In this document: positions 1-13,782 of the stretch, in pieces
How the letters are laid out: every line of letters begins with the position of its first letter
How positions within the stretch are numbered: position 1 is the first letter of the stretch
NCBI GenBank assembly: GCA_951406725.2
Contig: OX597825.1
Coordinates: 89,094,001 to 89,158,000 of the forward strand
Direction of reading: 5' to 3'
Source of the DNA: Octopus vulgaris
Taxonomy: Eukaryota
DNA: 64,000 nt
The notes under the pieces: model-generated
Seen by the model: only the letters and a program-made list of their open reading frames with translations
The model's database searches: none
Told to the model about the DNA's origin: nothing
Made by a program: the position numbers and the translations under genes

Positions 1-876
1 TATTGTGTGTTAATTGTACAGAAAACGATGTGGACTCCGCTACATTGTGACGGATCAGCACTGAGTTTGAATATTAATTTTTGGATTTATGTGTATAGCA
101 ATGTGTATAGATTCTGTATACAGTTCCTTGTGGTTCATATATATGAACAACTGATAAACAGATTACAATATCCGTAGTTTAACGTCGGGTGAATTTGCTC
201 AATATTCGTTAATGCATCACATTTCAATAATTATACCAGCCGGTGCTTCAAATTACACATACACAAACACACAAGTCAGATGTAATCATTTTCCTTACAG
301 ATTCACGCTTCTAGGAAATCTTCAACTGGAATTCACTGGGAGATATAATTTCCATACAGTCGATGGTTTCATAGATTCTGGGATTTCAGTTTTGAGATGT
401 ACTCACCGATTTTCAGACATCATAATCTGAAACCTGATCAACATATAACATAAAGCTGCTCAGTTGATTCATATCGTTTATAGTAAATAAAATTCTAGGA
501 AATTTGTTAGTGAACGGATTGTATATAATCTGTCTAATTGCATAGCGTCGACCGAGTCACGAAATAATATAAATTTATTTCATTAGAGGATAGTGGACCA
601 AAGCAGGATACCTGAAGATATAGATAAAGAGTAATAATTTTATTCCATGCACTCTAAGAATAAACAGCATTCACTTACGGCAGCGCTCGAACGGTCGATT
701 CTAATTCCCCTCTTTCGCATTTCAGTTATAAATATATATATCTTCGTTACAATATCATACATCAGGAAAAGACCATACCCTATAAGAGCAGTTGTTTGTT
801 TTTGTATGTGTATATAAATATATATGCATGTGTATAAATATCTACATGTATGCATATTTATATATGAATGTGTGCT

Positions 877-1136
<260 letters not shown>

Positions 1137-1166
1137 AGCAAATGTGTTGTTGAAAATGCACCTAAA

Positions 1167-2400
1167 TTTGAAAAACTCGTAATTGTTTAAAATACATTTA
1201 TTTACATATATACCAAACTAGTGTCAACAATACTTTTTGTTTATCAATGGTAAAACTTTAAAATTATGAATGAGCAAAAACATCTTTAAAAGTTTCAATA
1301 TTGACAAATTAAAATGTTTCAATGTCAACGAATTGAAATGTTCAAAACAGATAAATTTAGTATTGTGATGGGAACCAGGATAACCACCACTTTTGCCAAC
1401 CTTGTCATTGCATGCTTGGGAGTGCAAATAAACGAACACGCTAGACTGAAATTTGGAGGCAACTTCCAAAAATACTTACTCACCAACTGGAAACGCTACC
1501 TGGATGACTGTTTCATCCTATGGTCACACAACCTTAAACAACTCTCAAAATTTAAAAAACTTAATCAACAGCATTGACAACAGTACCCAGTTTACAATGG
1601 GATACTGCCACAAACAATTACTCTTCCAAGACATCTTAATCATAAAGAAAGATACTGAAATTGAAACCGACATCTTCTTCAAACCAACGGACTCAAAACA
1701 ATATGTTCTATTCTCCCAAAACATACTAAATTGAATATACCCTTCAACTTAGCGAGGAGAATGTGTACGGCCAATCAAAACCGAACTTCATCAAATAAAA
1801 CGAGATAACCCTTTAAGAGGATCAACCAACTGGAATGACTGATGACTGTCTCCACAAGGAGGCCAACCAGGCAGAACGACAAGCTTGACCACCGGAAAGC
1901 AAGACGTCACCAATATTTTAACTAATCAAAAATCAGATCTGCTCTCAGGAGAAATTATAAATACATCTGATCCCAAAACATACTACCACAAGCAAAATTT
2001 TCTACGGAAAGAGGATCATAGAAACTGTAAACCAAATTCCCTTTCTTTAATATTTCATTTCTCCTTTGGTTTTTCCCTCTTAACTCAGTATGAAAAATTA
2101 ATGAGCCTTGTACATTCAAACAAATTGATATACAGTTTTTACATTATTGACTGCCATGAACATTTTAACTTGAACCTGTCCTTCTAATTCATAATGCTAA
2201 ATTTATCTATTTTGAACATTTTAATTTGTCAAAATTGAAACTTTTAAAGACGTTTTTCTCATTCATAATTTTTAAGTTTTATAATTGATAAACAAAAAAA
2301 TATTGTTGACACTAGTTTGGAATATATGTAAATAAATGTATTTTAAACAATTACGAGTTTTTCAAAAACACATTTTCCTATATTTTTTCTTGCGTAGAAA
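1167..2400 (+). mobile_element. Penelope-like element (PLE) relic: degraded RT fragment with an inverted 5' copy of its 3' terminal repeat
   Basis: Frameshifted translation 1368-1760 gives MGTRITTTFANL...WKRYLDDCFILW...FTM...LLFQDILI...TDIFFKPTDSKQYV, typical of PLE RT (YLDD core, TDxxxKPTD thumb). 1167-1368 is a reverse-complement copy of 2189-2366. Confidence 0.8.
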
Positions 2401-2415
2401 CACCCCCTCTTTTGA

Positions 2416-2558
<143 letters not shown>

Positions 2559-4986
2559 GAAGATATACATAATTACAGTACAAACATATACATGTGCATG
2601 TGTGCCTTTATATCTTTGCATGTGTCTGTGATTGACTGTGTGTAAGTGTGTATGAGCTTGCTGAAATTTTCCAAGTATTATTTGTAATACTATTTTGTGA
2701 TTTGATTAAACCATAAAACACGTCCATACTTCTGAGATTGCAATTGATATGAGGCATCCAATATGATTAAATAGAAAAAAAAAGGGCAACGAATGATATT
2801 TATATTTCTCTTACATTCCGGAAATTGCTTTAATTTCCGTTCTTTCATATGTGATATCTCATCGCAGTTTTGATGAATAAATATCGATGAAGTTGTAATG
2901 TGGTGACTTCCAAAATACAAACATTCGGCAATGATAAAGCAATGATTCGAATACTTGAGAAAATAATATCGGTCTATTGTCTCTTTTGGTGTAGCAAATA
3001 ACAAGTTGTAGTGAAATCTAAACATGTTTGAATTGGGAAATAATCTTTCATTTAGATTTAGTTGTTTTTAATTTCGCAGGTCGACATTATGTATGTGTCA
3101 GTGAGCAGGCCCGTATGTTTAGTATCGCAGACTAGATTAAAAATTAAAGATTGGCTATGCTCTTGAACCTTAATAAACGAAACATATTTATATTCTGTAG
3201 GAAGAATTGGTATTATTGGCGATGTTATGATTTTTCTTATATGAACAACAGCTGTGTCTTACCACAACAATTTGCCTGGAATCCTTTGTTCGGTTTATTA
3301 TTTAACTAAAGATAAAGTGGTCTTCTTCAAAAAGCGCGTCAAAGCGAAGTATGTGTAACGGACCATGCACATAATTATAATTATTGATATAAATGGAAAG
3401 TACCATAAATCAGAATCTAATCTCCCTGGGGTCTAGCTATTTACAACTATAGAAGATAATTTATATGGAGAATAATTAAAATATAGAGGAACAGTTTTCA
3501 ACATTAATGAGCAAGATTTCATATTCTGCCCTGCCTATTTGTTGGACTAAGACGAAAGCTATTGAGGTGCATAACAATTACATATCTGTTACAATACAAA
3601 GCCGGCGCTATCAACTAGTTTGGAAAATGTTCAAACTGAAGGTACCTGTAATATTTTGGGGTGAAGAACAAATGCTTCCAACACTTCAAAACTAGATGTA
3701 CATCGATGAAGAATGTTCTTTTGTATTTTGTTCATTATCCTGAATCAGTTTAAGAAATAAAATTGGTACGAATTCACGTGCTGCTAAACAATTCAGTATA
3801 TGTTAATCTGGAAAATATTTAGCAAACCAGAAACTATTTGTATCATGAAAATAAAATAACCATTGAATTTCTTAGTATATTATTGATATTTTGTAAATCT
3901 ACTTTCGAAAGCGTAGTATTTACAGGAACATTCTATTCCTGTTTAATGTAATTTTTGAAAATTGCTGTTGCAAAAAGGAATATGTCAACATGGAAAATAC
4001 TTTGATTAAATAGAATGCATTAGGATAAATTGATATATCGTGTACGACAGATAAAAATGATTATGTTAAACGAAATCTCTGATATCGAAAAACTATACAA
4101 AAAGACCATCAAAACTAATGCAGGATCAACGTGTAATATTCATAAGTTAAAATGAAAATAATGCATTCCTTTCATTGAAGTCAATGGGAGGAAGACATGC
4201 AGTGTGTGTGGCTTTGTTCCTAAGCTTCCCATTGCGATTTTCCGCACGCACCGTCAGAAATAGTGTCCCATAGCAATTTGAAATTGTGTTGTATGTTATC
4301 AGTTCATTTCACATGTTACGTTTGGGAGTTGAATGTGTCTTTTGAATGATAGATGTATATTATTAAATACTGGACGCTCCAAATATCAATACTGAAATTG
4401 TATGTAATACCGTTGATTTAGAAAAGTCAATAATACGGTGACCGATTTTACTTATGAAAAAACAGGTATTAATTCAGTGACTGGATGCGCGTATTGCGGA
4501 AATGGAGAATTTTTGAATAAAATTAGAATTAGTTGAATGATCTGACTTCGTCATTATACATCAAGAATTGAAATACTGCTGCCGGCAAATTTCATTGCAT
4601 TTGCGTTATTTTTTTTCTGTTACACATTATTATTTCAGTCACTGAAGTCATACGAAAAACTATTCTGGGTTTATTGCTGATATCATGTTTTAAACTTGTA
4701 ATAAAACAGATCACATCAAATTTTATTTGAAAGGAATATATCGGCAGACACTGATAAAAGGTAGATTAACTGCTTTAAACTTTTATCTTTTATATATTTT
4801 GATATCCAAGTTCAAATACAGTCTGTGTTGTCTTCGCTTTTCTATTTTAAATCGATAAAATATGCACACGGTGTTTAATAACCTTCATTTAAGAGATTAT
4901 TACAACAAAATTGCATTGCTAAAATTCAGTGTAATAAAGCAACATGGTATTGCTTATGGTACGGTGTATAGAGAATAGAATGGTGT

Positions 4987-5426
4987 TGATTTTTTATTAC
5001 CCACAAGGGGCCAACAAAGAGGGGACAATACAATCTGATTTTGGGGTCAGATGAGCGAATGATTATACAAAATAAAACGACATTAAAATTTTTTTAAAAA
5101 TAAGAAAATATGATAAAATCGAATGGTAGGACAGACCGGAAGACATTACGGATGGAGTGGGGGCGGGTTTAATTCGGACCCCACGAGCCCCGCCTCGCCA
5201 CTGATACCTGAGTTACATCCTGTGTCGCATTCACGCAACATCCATGCTACATTCTTCTATCGATTTTCAAACATTTTCACAGTCAGGCATTTTCTCTCTA
5301 GCCCTATTTTCCTTTTAAGGTGAAAGATGAAGTAATTCACCAATTCAGGGCCAGAAATGAAATTGCCTGACTTTAACCCTTTCAGCCTCGTTCTCCAAAT
5401 AACATCACTCGCAATTGCTACTACAG
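4987..5426 (-). mobile_element. 5'-truncated Tx1/L1-like LINE (ORF2 C-terminus + 3' UTR) with 16-bp target-site duplication
   Basis: Minus translation VIWRTRLKGLKSGNFISGPELVNYFIFHLKRKIGLE matches IVWWTRLKGL...SLINFLRFH at 11669-11941. GAGAATAGAATGGTGT is repeated at 4971-4986 and 5427-5442. Confidence 0.85.
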
Positions 5427-5699
5427 GAGAATAGAATGGTGTACTGGATTGAACGTCATTCGTTAGTTATATCTTTACTGGCGCATGAAACGCTTGCTCG
5501 TAATCGTTTGGAGGTGGATCTAATAATAGCATGATGTTAATTTGCATGGATATTTTATTTATATTCAGGTGGAATATTTTGCATTGTTCCACCCAACTCT
5601 CTGAAACTTTATTTCAAATCCCACTGAGATTAATTTGAGATTGATAAATATGAAACCAGAATTTCGGATTTTGTACTTCTTGTGGGTAGACTAATTGAT

Positions 5700-5990
5700 A
5701 ACGGGTAGATATACGTCAAGCTAAACACTTCTATCCATGACAAACTCCGCCCAAAAAGATACATCATAGAGAGAGCAGATAGCTTGATACGGGTGGGGAA
5801 TTGGTCAGCTCAGATGACTAGAAAGTTTTCAGTTATACTTGGCGGCTGTTCTTACAATTGATGGTTTATAATCCCGTAGTCAGGAACTCTATCGCTGCAA
5901 TGGACACTGATATAGGCTAGTTGGTTAGAGGGAATGTCCCGCCCTTCAGATACATTCAGATGCATGGATCTTCAAGGTTGTACACTTGCG
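5700..5990 (+). mobile_element. Highly degraded Tx1/L1-like RT fragment
   Basis: ATACTTGGCGGCTGTTCTTA...ATCGCTGCAATG aligns with 10415-10485 of the large LINE copy. Confidence 0.5.
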
Positions 5991-6409
5991 TATCTTGCGT
6001 TTGTACTGTCCTTTGAGCTGCTACTGTGAACCATTGAGGCGTTGAGAAGCATCACGGGCGAACTAAGGTGACCAGCAGTATATGTTCCGGGTTCACACGT
6101 TTTATTTATGTAATTTCTCCCTGTATCTTCCCGCACTTACTTCGGTTTTTGTTTCATCCCTAAACTTTTTATTAAGAAATTACTATAATTATTATTCCAG
6201 AGCTATTATATATAATGCTTTCGTCTTCTCGCCTGTATTCTTCTGCCTCTAGTTTTAGGTTTCAGTCAGACATAATCAGTATATTTTACTTCCAACATCT
6301 ACGGTCTGTTGAATGAATTCCTCATTCAATTCCTTCTCTTTCAAAGTATTTGTCTTACGATCAGAATATAACTTTCGTTCACTCTTTATAATTAACAGTA
6401 TCTACAAAT

Positions 6410-6610
6410 TCGCAACAAACTGCATAGCAATATCCTTGCTGAATATTCTCCCCGTTTGGATTAGATAATCCAACATTTCATCTTGATATGTAATTTGACG
6501 TCTTCCATATATAGCAGATGATTTATTTCCACCCTGGATTTTGCAAACTCGTAGACAGACGAGGATTGTTTTTCAGAGTGTTTTTTCAGAAGAGTTAACA
6601 TAAGGATGAA
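6410..6610 (-). mobile_element. R4/Dong-type RT fragment
   Basis: Minus translation EINHLLYMEDVKL...RIFSKDIAMQF parallels DHLLFMENVKLF...CSKDLGMEF at 26170-26285 (decayed YMDD region). Confidence 0.55.
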
Positions 6611-6695
6611 ATGCATTAAAGAAAGCGAGGATCCTCATAGAATTTCCTACATATTCCACATATCCTATCGTAGTTAGTTTAAATTCTCACACGCT

Positions 6696-6701
6696 TATTA
6701 C

Positions 6702-6758
<57 letters not shown>
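6696..6758. repeat. (ATT)n microsatellite
   Basis: Direct. Confidence 0.95.
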
Positions 6759-7357
6759 GTTTTTTCCTTCTTTCTTCAAATTTTCTTCCGTTTCTCGCCG
6801 AGTGTTTTCCATACACCTAGGGCAGAGAAGCTCATTGTATGCATTCCCATATTACACACGCAAATTCACAGATAAATATGTATTTAAAAATTAATAAATA
6901 AATAAATAAATTCATGGATGGGTGTTGTTTTCATAGCGATAATGCTCTTCTCAGTACATGAGCCGTTCCAGTTAATAGGATTTTTTGACCTTCCTGTAGG
7001 GATGGTAAGCCTGGAATCATTTTCAAATAGGTTTCAGTACCTTTTTTAATCATTCCTAGAGATCCTACAATTACTGGTACTGTAGTCGCCTTGAGATGCC
7101 ACATTTTTTCAATTTCTATTAGCAGGTCTTTATATTTACTAATCTTGTCAAATTCTTTCACCGATATATATTGTGATCGCAAGGGATACTCATGTCAATT
7201 AATAAACACATCGTTTTTGTCTGATCTTTTATAATAATATCCGGTTTATTAGCTTTTATAGTCTTGTCGGTATTTACGGGGAAGTCCCATAGAATCGACA
7301 CATTTTCTCCCTCAGTCACAGACATTTGTCAGCGGTTTTGATTTTATAATACCGACA
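6759..7357 (-). mobile_element. 5'-truncated R4/Dong-clade non-LTR retrotransposon (restriction-like endonuclease end + 3' UTR)
   Basis: Minus translation ILWDFPVNTDKTIKANKPDIIIKD...CLLIDMSIPCDHNISVKEFDKISKYKDL...VPVIVGSLG...QKILLTGTAHVLRRAL contains the PD...D RLE motif and K..KY. Flanked by (ATT)n on both sides. Confidence 0.85.

Positions 7358-7420
<63 letters not shown>
7358..7420. repeat. (ATT)n microsatellite
   Basis: Direct. Confidence 0.95.
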
Positions 7421-7421
<1 letters not shown>

Positions 7422-10400
7422 TCTCTATCGACACAGTTTGCTCATCGTTGCCTAAGTTTTGCTGTTATTCATATTGTCATACATTGTTTTACATCGTACA
7501 TTTGTTATTGCTACTTATTTAAACAAACCAGGATCTCGGGGAACTAGTTAGTTCCTCTCCATCTGTAGACCTTAGGAGTTATTTTGGTTTTTGTTTGGGT
7601 TACGGTGCCGCTTATTGTTTTGCCAAAATCAAATGTGGCGAACGAAAATCGTCCATCCACTGAAAAGAAGAGAAGGTTATCCACAATAGAGACCAGCCAA
7701 GTCGTAAAACGTAGCGACTGCTGTAGCAACTGCAGCAACATCAGAACAACGCACATGGAACGTCTGACAGTGAATTCCCCTTCACCATCGCAGGAACAGG
7801 AGGAAATTACAAACACCAACAGCACACGCGAAAAAAACCACTACCTCCACAGCCATCACTGGAGCCAGCAGCGGTCCCACATCACCACCACCACGACCAT
7901 TACCAACATAACAATAAAAACGTAATTGACACATGCAAATCCAATCAGAAAGGTTTCGACTTCGCGCAAGCAACCCGGCAAGTGAGAAAAGATAGAAATG
8001 TCTTCAAGAAGGCTAAATGCATGCTAAATAAATGGCAGAAATGTAGCTCTAAACATTTCTAGAACTGTTCAGCATGAAATCGGTTTACGGACTGTTCTAT
8101 ATAAAACAAATTGCACGAGAAGTAGAAGAGTTTTTTCAGGTGACACAACTGCAATTAGAGAAAAGCCTATGTCCGGTGTGGAAGAGTAAAGAATTATGGG
8201 ACTGTCGAGGTAAGGTTCAACTCAAAGGAGGAAGCAAAAATTACTGGACAGCTACCGTGAAAAGTGAAGAAAAAAATAACTTGTAACTACCTACCTGGGG
8301 TGTAGAGTATACAGGATCAGAATACTCAATATTCCACCAGAAATTAACATCTTCGGGTTAGTAGCTGCAATTATCCTAGACATAGAGGAGAAAACCAAGA
8401 CTCTGAAAATCCACAAGGTTCGCAATCAGAAATGGATTCTGCAAATGGATCTTGAAAAAACCTTATGGGTTCTGCGATCAGAAATGGTTAGCTCAGGAAA
8501 TGCAGCTGCTTATACAAACTAATCAGCAAACTATCAAAATGTCCCGGATTATATCAGCCTACCGGATTGGTCAAAACTACACGTGGCTGTCGAGGGTAGA
8601 AAGCCAAGATGTCAACTGTGCGAGGACACAAACCATCTAAAGTCTTTCTGCCCACAACCAAAGAAAGAAGAGTGACCTGTACTTATGCCACCACCACCAC
8701 CTCAATCAACACTACCAATACAACAACAATAGCAACAACAGAAACAGCAGTAGCAGAATTAGCAGCACCTGCGATCCTAGAAGCACTGACAATAGTAACA
8801 GTAGCAACTCCAAGAACAATAGTGGAAACGACAACAACAGAGAAAGAACCAGCATCGACAGCAGTAAGAACAAGAACATCAGGATCGCTTAAAACAACAA
8901 CACAAAAATTTATAAACAGAAAAACCACAAAAAGCTCCGCAAGACTTGTTCCTCACGTGTTCGGAACAATCAGGAAATCCCAGAACAACTACAACATCAA
9001 TTTCAATAAAGAATCAAAAACTACCGCAAAACATCCCTCTCCCTTTTTCGGACCACGAAAATGAAGGGGATTGTGAGGAACAGAATTGGGAAACATTTAA
9101 CCCCCACCCCAGACACACACACATACCTAAAAGAAAGAAAAGAAGACAGAAAAACACATCAACTAGAACAGAGAAACAGATAGGTTTGAACTCATGGAGA
9201 TGAATAGCAGTAGCAGGATCAATAACACAGCACACCCAACCACATTTCCACCGCCAACAATCACATCCCCATCACTACCTCTGCAACCATCGCTATTTAA
9301 TTTAGACACAGAGAACAGTGAAACTCTACGCCATCAGGCAAAAAAGGACCAGAAATCATAAACTCTACTGCCCTAAACACAGAAGATATTAATACAAGAC
9401 ATTCAATATTACAGAGACATTACCCAGACCACTCGCGTTGCACCAACACTCAACAATTACATAGGACAACACATAAAATTAATCAAAACAATAGAAAGCT
9501 CTTACAACATATTCAAAAATAAATCTTCTAACACTGTAGGTGATTTCTCAAAAGTTATGTAATAAAAGCCATCAGCGAAACCATTAAGAAGCACTTAGTA
9601 AAAGCATAGCGATATACGCGCTGGCGGCGAGATTGGCACATGACCGATTCTTCAAAGCTAAACATGTAGGTTGCGTTGCCAGACCTATGGCACATGCTCT
9701 AAAATATGCGGCATCGAAAGCTGTTCGATGGTCCCGGATGACTGAGGCACAACGGGAGAACAAAACCACAATTCGGTCTTTGACGTTGCAGGACGGGCGT
9801 ATAACAGATGAGTCCAAGCAGACGTGTGCGAAATTTCGGTAGCACAACGCTGAACAGTTCGGGGCATGTGGCGACACGAAGACGGAATTGGATTTCACCA
9901 CCTACCTTGGCGGCCTGCCGCACCTTTCAGCCAGGAATGCTGATCTACGAAATGCTGGTAATTGCCGAAGATATTCATGAGTCTAGCTGCACAAAGGACA
10001 GGTCTCCGAGTTTGGATGGTCTGCTTTTCGTGTTTTGTACCCATATACCAGATTTGTTCGGTGAGCTCTTGGTACCTGTCTACTGCAATTTGCAACAGAA
10101 TGAGAGAATTCCCAGTTACGTGAGCCAAGGTGTGGTGATGCCGTTGTGAAAGGATCCGAACAAGGGGGATGTCATCGATAACTTTAGAGCCCTAGTTCTA
10201 CTAAGCACAGATTAAAAGATATTGGCCAAGTTGCTAGAGAAGAGGATGACACTTGTCTTTGCTAAAAGTGGTCAGTGATGCGCTATTCCAAACAGGTCTA
10301 CCCGCGACAACCTCCACCTCACGCGTATATCATGGAGAGGATAGGCAAATATCCCTGCATGAGCGGGCCCCAGACAATTCACATCAAACGAAAGATTTTG

Positions 10401-12177
10401 GTAGGGTCGACCATCAATACTTGGCGGCTGTCCTAAGGCAGCTAGTTTGGGTTCCGTTTTCAGAGGCTGGATCGCTGCAATGTATAGCGACATCTGCTCG
10501 GTGGTCAAAGATAATGGCCACCTTTCAGAATCGTTTAGCATCGAGCGTTCGGTACATCAAGCATGCCCACTCTCACCCCATCTACATGAGCTGGCTCTCG
10601 AGCCATTACTCTAGATACTGGATATCACGAGATGCGGAGTTTTCGTGTCAGCATATTCGGACGTAGTCACAGTAATAGTGTCAGACGTCATGGAAATCGG
10701 GGCGATTGGTACAACACTTAAGGAATGCGAAGCGGTGACAAGACTAAAGATTAACCAGGAGAAGTCAGTGGGCCTGCAGCTCGGCACCTGGAGGGACAGG
10801 ACCATATCGAACGACAGTGTTGTTGGACGCTGAACAGAAGGACCAGTTAAACTTCTTGGTGTCTGATTTGGTCCAAATCTCCCAGTGCACAAGAACTACG
10901 AGATCACAAGCAGAGTGGCCAATCTCATCCAGAATTTGGGCGAGAGAAAACTGTGCTTGAAAGGTCGGGCGGAGGTAGAAAATGCGTACATAGCATCCGT
11001 ATTCTATTACCGCCTAACCTTTGCTCCTTGCCCTGCTTCGTGTTTGATTATCCTGGAGCGCTTTCTCCTCCACTTTCTGTGGAAAGGACAGGTTCCGCTT
11101 GTCAGACGTTTCATTTGATGTCAGCATCTACTGCGTGGACGTATGGAGATGCCGTGGCTAATGAAGCCCAGGCATACGCTGAGGCGAGCGACATCTCCAG
11201 CGATACCTTCTCGGTGAATAGGTATGCTCGCCGTTTGTTAAAAGTGCTTTCCTGCTACTCGTCTCTTTGACTGAGCGATATTCATGGATGAAGCGTAGAC
11301 CGAAATAGGGGGCTTGGCATTTAGAGTGTCTCCAAGCGCTCACAGCTCTGAGTCAGCGGGACAATGCGGCCATGAACGACGAATCTCTCGGCATTGCAGA
11401 TGAACAATTGGCTGGTATATTTCAGAGAAAATTTGGGCCGCGGCCTATGAATGATTTTCAGAGGACTGTGGCCTGGCAGGGGCTCTGCAGGTTCGAGACA
11501 AGCTCTACAAGCATGGAAGTGCGGTCAGCCGGTATTGTCAGAGATTTGCGCAGAGCAGTGAAAACGTCCTGCACACACTCGTACAGTGTCCGGGCATTGC
11601 TGACCTGTGGAGCTTTGTCGAACTGCTGTTGTCGTGTGTGGAACTGATCTGACTATCGTTCGAGACCATTGTGGACTTCTCCCCGCCACCTTTCTTTGGC
11701 CGGAAAGTTCAGGCAGCTTCTCTGTCTGGCAGTTCTGGTGAAAGAGATTGTGTGGTGGACGCGTCTGAAAGGGTTGTACATTCCTTTCGGCCAAAGTCTC
11801 ATTAACTTTCTGAGGTTCCACTCGATAAGGAACCTAAGGGTGGAGGGAGAAGCAGTGTCGCCCAGTCAGTTCGTTGAGAGGTGGGTGAATGTGGCGAAAA
11901 TGTCCCTTGTGAATGGGCCTTCACTTGGTACGCGCTTGTAGGCTGGGGAGGGTGAAGAGAAGAGAGCTATTTGCCTGAGGCTGCCTGTTTAATCAGGGTA
12001 TCTATAGTGTGTTGGGTTTCTTGGTCGCCCTTATTGGACCCCCTCATATTTGAGAATTTAATTGCTTGATTTCTATTGCTTTTGAATATTGTTCACACGC
12101 ATCGTCTAAACCCCTTCGTCCCTTGCTAGTTTTGAGTAATGCCCCTTTGTGCTTTTTGGGTCCTTGTGGCCAATAAA
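7421..12177 (+). mobile_element. Degraded, internally deleted Tx1/L1-like LINE (ORF1 with CCHC zinc knuckle; ORF2 RT to 3' end; APE domain missing)
   Basis: 8578-8652 translates LHVAVEGRKPRCQLCEDTNHLKSFCP (CX2CX4HX4C). ORF2 remnants: SPSLDGL, KDPNKGDVIDNFRALVLL, KDFGRVDHQYL, SAYSDVVT (decayed YADD), LKINQEKS, WWTRLKGL. Ends AATAAA + (ATT)n. Confidence 0.8.
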
Positions 12178-12486
<309 letters not shown>

Positions 12487-12512
12487 TTATTATTACTATT
12501 ATTATCGTTTTT

Positions 12513-12728
12513 AAGGCAACGTGCACTCAGAATGGCTGGCACAGCAGGCGAAATTCTTAGTGGCATTTTGTCTGCTTTTATCTCCGAAGCTCGAATTTTG
12601 CCACGGTCGTCTTTGCATTTCTTCCTTTCGGGGTCGATGAAAATTAGTACCAGTTGGTCACTAGAGTCGATGCAATCGCCTTACCCTTTGCCCGTAAATT
12701 ACTGGCCTTGTGCCAAAATTTAAATCAA
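12513..12728 (+). mobile_element. tRNA-derived SINE, family A, copy 2
   Basis: Aligns to copy 1; ends GGCCTTGTGCCAAAATTT then ATT repeats. Confidence 0.7.
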
Positions 12729-12756
12729 TTATTATTATATTTTTAAATTACTATCA

Positions 12757-12906
12757 AAGCGCGAGCTGGAAGAACCGTTAGAGCACAGCGAAAAATGCAT
12801 AGCGACATTTCGTCCGTCTTCACCTTTGGAGTTCGAATTCTGTTCAGGCTAACTTTGCCATTCATCATTTCGGTGTCGATAAGAGAAGTACAAGTTGAGC
12901 ACTGTG
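12757..12906 (+). mobile_element. tRNA-derived SINE, family A, copy 3 (3'-truncated)
   Basis: GCGAGCTGGAAGAACCGTTAG head, GAGTTCGAATTC B-box, TTTCGGTGTCGATAA core. Confidence 0.7.
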
Positions 12907-13603
12907 CATAAAAATCATTAACAGTAGGAGTAAGCATTAGTATATTTCTATAATGAAAATAATATATTTGTTTCTTATCAAGACTAACATAGTAATCATT
13001 TTCATTTTATATATATATGTATATTTATATATATATATATATTATATTTTAGATATATTATTTCATTGCAGCAAAAAATATGTAAATACTTTCTGCATTC
13101 AATGTATGAATTTGAAAAGGAGGACTTTTTCGTTTAAAATTTCCTTTCTAATTGAAAACCCAATATTTGATGTTTTGTAGGTTTTCGTTTGTACTTTGAC
13201 ATGTACAGCTAATCTTCAAACAAAGCGTTTCAACTATAATCGATATGTCTCTTTTCCTAGCACAACTTTACATTACCCAAAGGAAGCAAAAAAATAATTG
13301 CCCAAATCAATGATCCAATTTAGTACAAGAAAGATTATTATGTATTGATTTGCAATCCTTTTATCGCTTTACGTTTGATCTGTTGCATATTCAATGAGCG
13401 TATTAATGGCTCATGTTCGCTTCATGCACGCTACAGAATCAGTAAATAAAACAGGTTAATTTTTCTCAACATTTGCTCTCACTTGTAAGTAAACTGTCTG
13501 TCCCTCACCCTCACTCTATCACTTGCTCTATTTCTCTCAATATATATATATATATATATATATACACTCACACGCACGCACACACACACACACACTCACA
13601 CAC

Positions 13604-13660
<57 letters not shown>

Positions 13661-13782
13661 CATGCATACATACATATATACAAACATACATATATACATA
13701 CATATATACATACAAACATGGATGCATACATACATACATATAAATCTCTGAGCAAGATATAAACAGTAGCTGCACGACATCG

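Noticed and set aside
1839-1880. CTGATGA hammerhead core inside the PLE relic
   Set aside because: No correctly placed GAAA or closing stems downstream.
8609-9064. Thr-rich mucin-like 151-aa ORF
   Set aside because: Low-complexity region downstream of the LINE ORF1 zinc knuckle; no signal peptide or exon structure.
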